Shown here: piece by piece, positions 62,456 through 64,000 of the stretch
How positions within the stretch are numbered: the stretch's first letter is position 1
Layout of the letters: every line of letters starts with the position of its first letter
Source: a virus
DNA: 64,000 nucleotides
Strand: one strand, 5' to 3'
Virus record (IMG/VR): IMGVR_UViG_3300042691_027241
Location: 11,563-75,562 of that record
Position numbers and translations under genes: made by a program
The notes under the pieces: generated by a model
Told to the model about the DNA's origin: nothing
What the model saw: the letters and a program-made list of their open reading frames with translations, nothing else
Databases searched by the model: none

Positions 62456-63005
62456 TCATCAACATAATGGTAGCGGTAAAGTGTGGCGTGTGTTTGAGAA
62501 CGGAACAGAATATTTAGTAGAGCATTTAGATATTCGTGTTCCTATGCGCGATGACATAACGATCGAAAACGGAATTGAAAAATGGAACATTTACTGTGAA
62601 GGCTACTTGAGCATCACAAATGAAACTGCTCAAATTGATGATAGTCCAACATTTGATTGGCGCAAGCCTACAGTGCAGATGTTAGGTCGTTGGCAACCTT
62701 GGCATGCAGGTCATCGAGCTCTGTTTGAACGTGCAATAAAGAAAACAGGACAAGTCTGTATTATGATTCGAGATTGTCAAGCTTGGAATCATAGTAATCC
62801 TTTTGATTTAGATGAAGTTAAAAAATATATCCGTGCAGATCTTGATCCTGTATATAAAGGTATGTACGAAATTGTTATTGTTCCTAACATTGTTAATATA
62901 ACATATGGTCGCGATGTAGGTTATATCATTGAACAAGAAACATTTGATGATGCAACTCAAGCTATATCGGCAACTGCTATTCGTAAACAAATGGGCGTTA
63001 AATGA
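62430..63005 (+). CDS. HIGH-superfamily nucleotidyltransferase (cytidyltransferase-like) with an extra N-terminal domain
   Basis: MLGRWQPWHAGH, SNPF and ISATAIR motifs; AAGGA SD before ATG 62430. Confidence 0.75.
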   Translation: MNKYHIRFNHQHNGSGKVWRVFENGTEYLVEHLDIRVPMRDDITIENGIEKWNIYCEGYLSITNETAQIDDSPTFDWRKPTVQMLGRWQPWHAGHRALFERAIKKTGQVCIMIRDCQAWNHSNPFDLDEVKKYIRADLDPVYKGMYEIVIVPNIVNITYGRDVGYIIEQETFDDATQAISATAIRKQMGVK

Positions 63006-63430
63006 AAGAAAAATTTAAACAGGCCTATATGCAAACTGCAAAAACTTTTGCAGAATTAAGTCATGCCCGTAGATTAAAAGTTGGCGCAATAATTGTTAAA
63101 GAAGATAGAATTATCAGCATTGGGTATAACGGCATGCCAGCCGGCTGGTCCAATGTGTGTGAAGATATAGAAGAAGACGGATCATTAAAAACAAAGCCAG
63201 AAGTATTACATGCTGAGTCAAATGCAATCGCTAAACTTGCTAAGAGTAACGAGTCCGGCACCGGTGCGTCTTTGTTTGTTACTCACAGCCCTTGCCTTGA
63301 GTGCGCCAAATTAATTTATCAGAGTGGAATTACGAACGTTTTTTACGGTCAGAGTTATCGAGATACTGCTGGTGTTGAATTCTTACAAAAGTCTAAAGTT
63401 TTGATTGTGCAATTGAATCCTGAAGATTAG
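63002..63430 (+). CDS. dCMP deaminase
   Basis: KVGA, GYNG, HAESNAI and PCLEC zinc motifs. Confidence 0.92.
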   Translation: MKEKFKQAYMQTAKTFAELSHARRLKVGAIIVKEDRIISIGYNGMPAGWSNVCEDIEEDGSLKTKPEVLHAESNAIAKLAKSNESGTGASLFVTHSPCLECAKLIYQSGITNVFYGQSYRDTAGVEFLQKSKVLIVQLNPED

Positions 63431-64000
63431 TTTTTACTTCTTCCCAAACTAAGTCTAAAAATTCTTTGCTGTAAAACCAATTATAATTATAATCAAGAAC
63501 TTCTTGCATTTCTAACAGCATTTCTTTTAATTCCTCATTTGATTTTGAGCAGATATTTTTAAGAATGTCAACAACTACTTGCAATCTTGTTAGTGGATCT
63601 TCAATTACGTCATAGTTTTCGTCCCACCATCTATTAAAAGTTTTAAAACCGTAACTTTTTAAATACTGCAAATTATTAGCGCATCCTAACAATAGAAACG
63701 GTTGGCGACTAACAATTGGTTTAAAAATTTTTTCAGTAAGATGTAATTTTTTATCAAAAAAACATGTTTCTGTTACCAAATATACAAAACTTTCCATACA
63801 GGCCGGAATACAACTTAGTGTCTGACTGTTATTTGGAATTGTTTCTAAGCCAAAGTTATCAATACGTAACGGAAAATTTATATTGTCTAATATTCCTTTA
63901 ACCTCATCTAAATAACCAGGATTAAATTGATATACGTAATTTTCGTCTGTTAAAAAATCTTTATAGGATCCATATTCAGGGCAATTATGACTAAAGCTTA
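63393..64000 (-). CDS. 'TEK' family protein (GT10-like); partial, 5' end outside the window
   Basis: LVTET...HLTEKIFKPI..RQPF..G...LKSYGFKTF..WWDENYD; the frame stays open from 63998. Confidence 0.6.
   Translation of the reverse strand, partial: SFSHNCPEYGSYKDFLTDENYVYQFNPGYLDEVKGILDNINFPLRIDNFGLETIPNNSQTLSCIPACMESFVYLVTETCFFDKKLHLTEKIFKPIVSRQPFLLLGCANNLQYLKSYGFKTFNRWWDENYDVIEDPLTRLQVVVDILKNICSKSNEELKEMLLEMQEVLDYNYNWFYSKEFLDLVWEEVKTNLQDSIAQSKL

Noticed and set aside
718-63261. Many short ORFs (60-190 aa) antisense or out of frame within long genes, e.g. 7805-8365, 6455-6835, 28340-28702
   Set aside because: They overlap well-supported genes, mostly use non-ATG starts and show no motifs; they are shadow ORFs.
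1-64000. Alternative genetic code (stop-codon reassignment)
   Set aside because: Standard-code ORFs tile the window, including a 14 kb ORF. TAA, TAG and TGA all end genes; read-through of the gp5 TAG hits TAA three codons later.
1-64000. tRNA, rRNA, introns, inteins, homing endonucleases
   Set aside because: Intergenic gaps are about 70 bp or less, and no Hint, LAGLIDADG, HNH or GIY-YIG motifs were recognised by eye.

Overview
This is a 64 kb AT-rich, gene-dense fragment of a large T4-related (myovirus-like) bacteriophage genome, probably uncultured, using the standard genetic code. It has three blocks. (1) 1-6428, minus strand: a gp55-like late sigma factor, the gp47/gp46 (Mre11/Rad50) nuclease pair, a hypothetical protein and two tandem cobalamin-binding radical SAM genes. 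(2) 6492-40734, plus strand: a contractile-tail baseplate and fibre module (tube initiator-like, gp53, hub, gp5, lysozyme-like, gp25, gp6, a 4730-aa wedge/fibre protein and several fibres). Several of these genes follow TAAATA late-promoter motifs, and a hairpin terminator closes the block. (3) 40805-63430, plus strand: a tightly coupled ~23 kb tailoring cluster with 7 radical SAM enzymes (5 with an N-terminal twitch-type Fe-S domain), 3 GT-A-like proteins, 3 'TEK' GT10-like paralogues, 4 SGNH-like proteins, an epimerase, a NodU/CmcH carbamoyltransferase, a CysC-like kinase, a nucleotidyltransferase and a dCMP deaminase. A fourth TEK paralogue lies on the opposite strand at the window end. The best candidate for an undescribed system is this cluster acting as a virion or host-surface glycan/protein modification pathway. 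Also notable are a 52-aa Trp/Tyr/Gly loop inserted in a fibre domain, CFI-box-like C-terminal domains, overlapping divergent promoters at gp55 and apparently leaderless transcripts. All functional calls come from motif recognition by eye; no searches were run.
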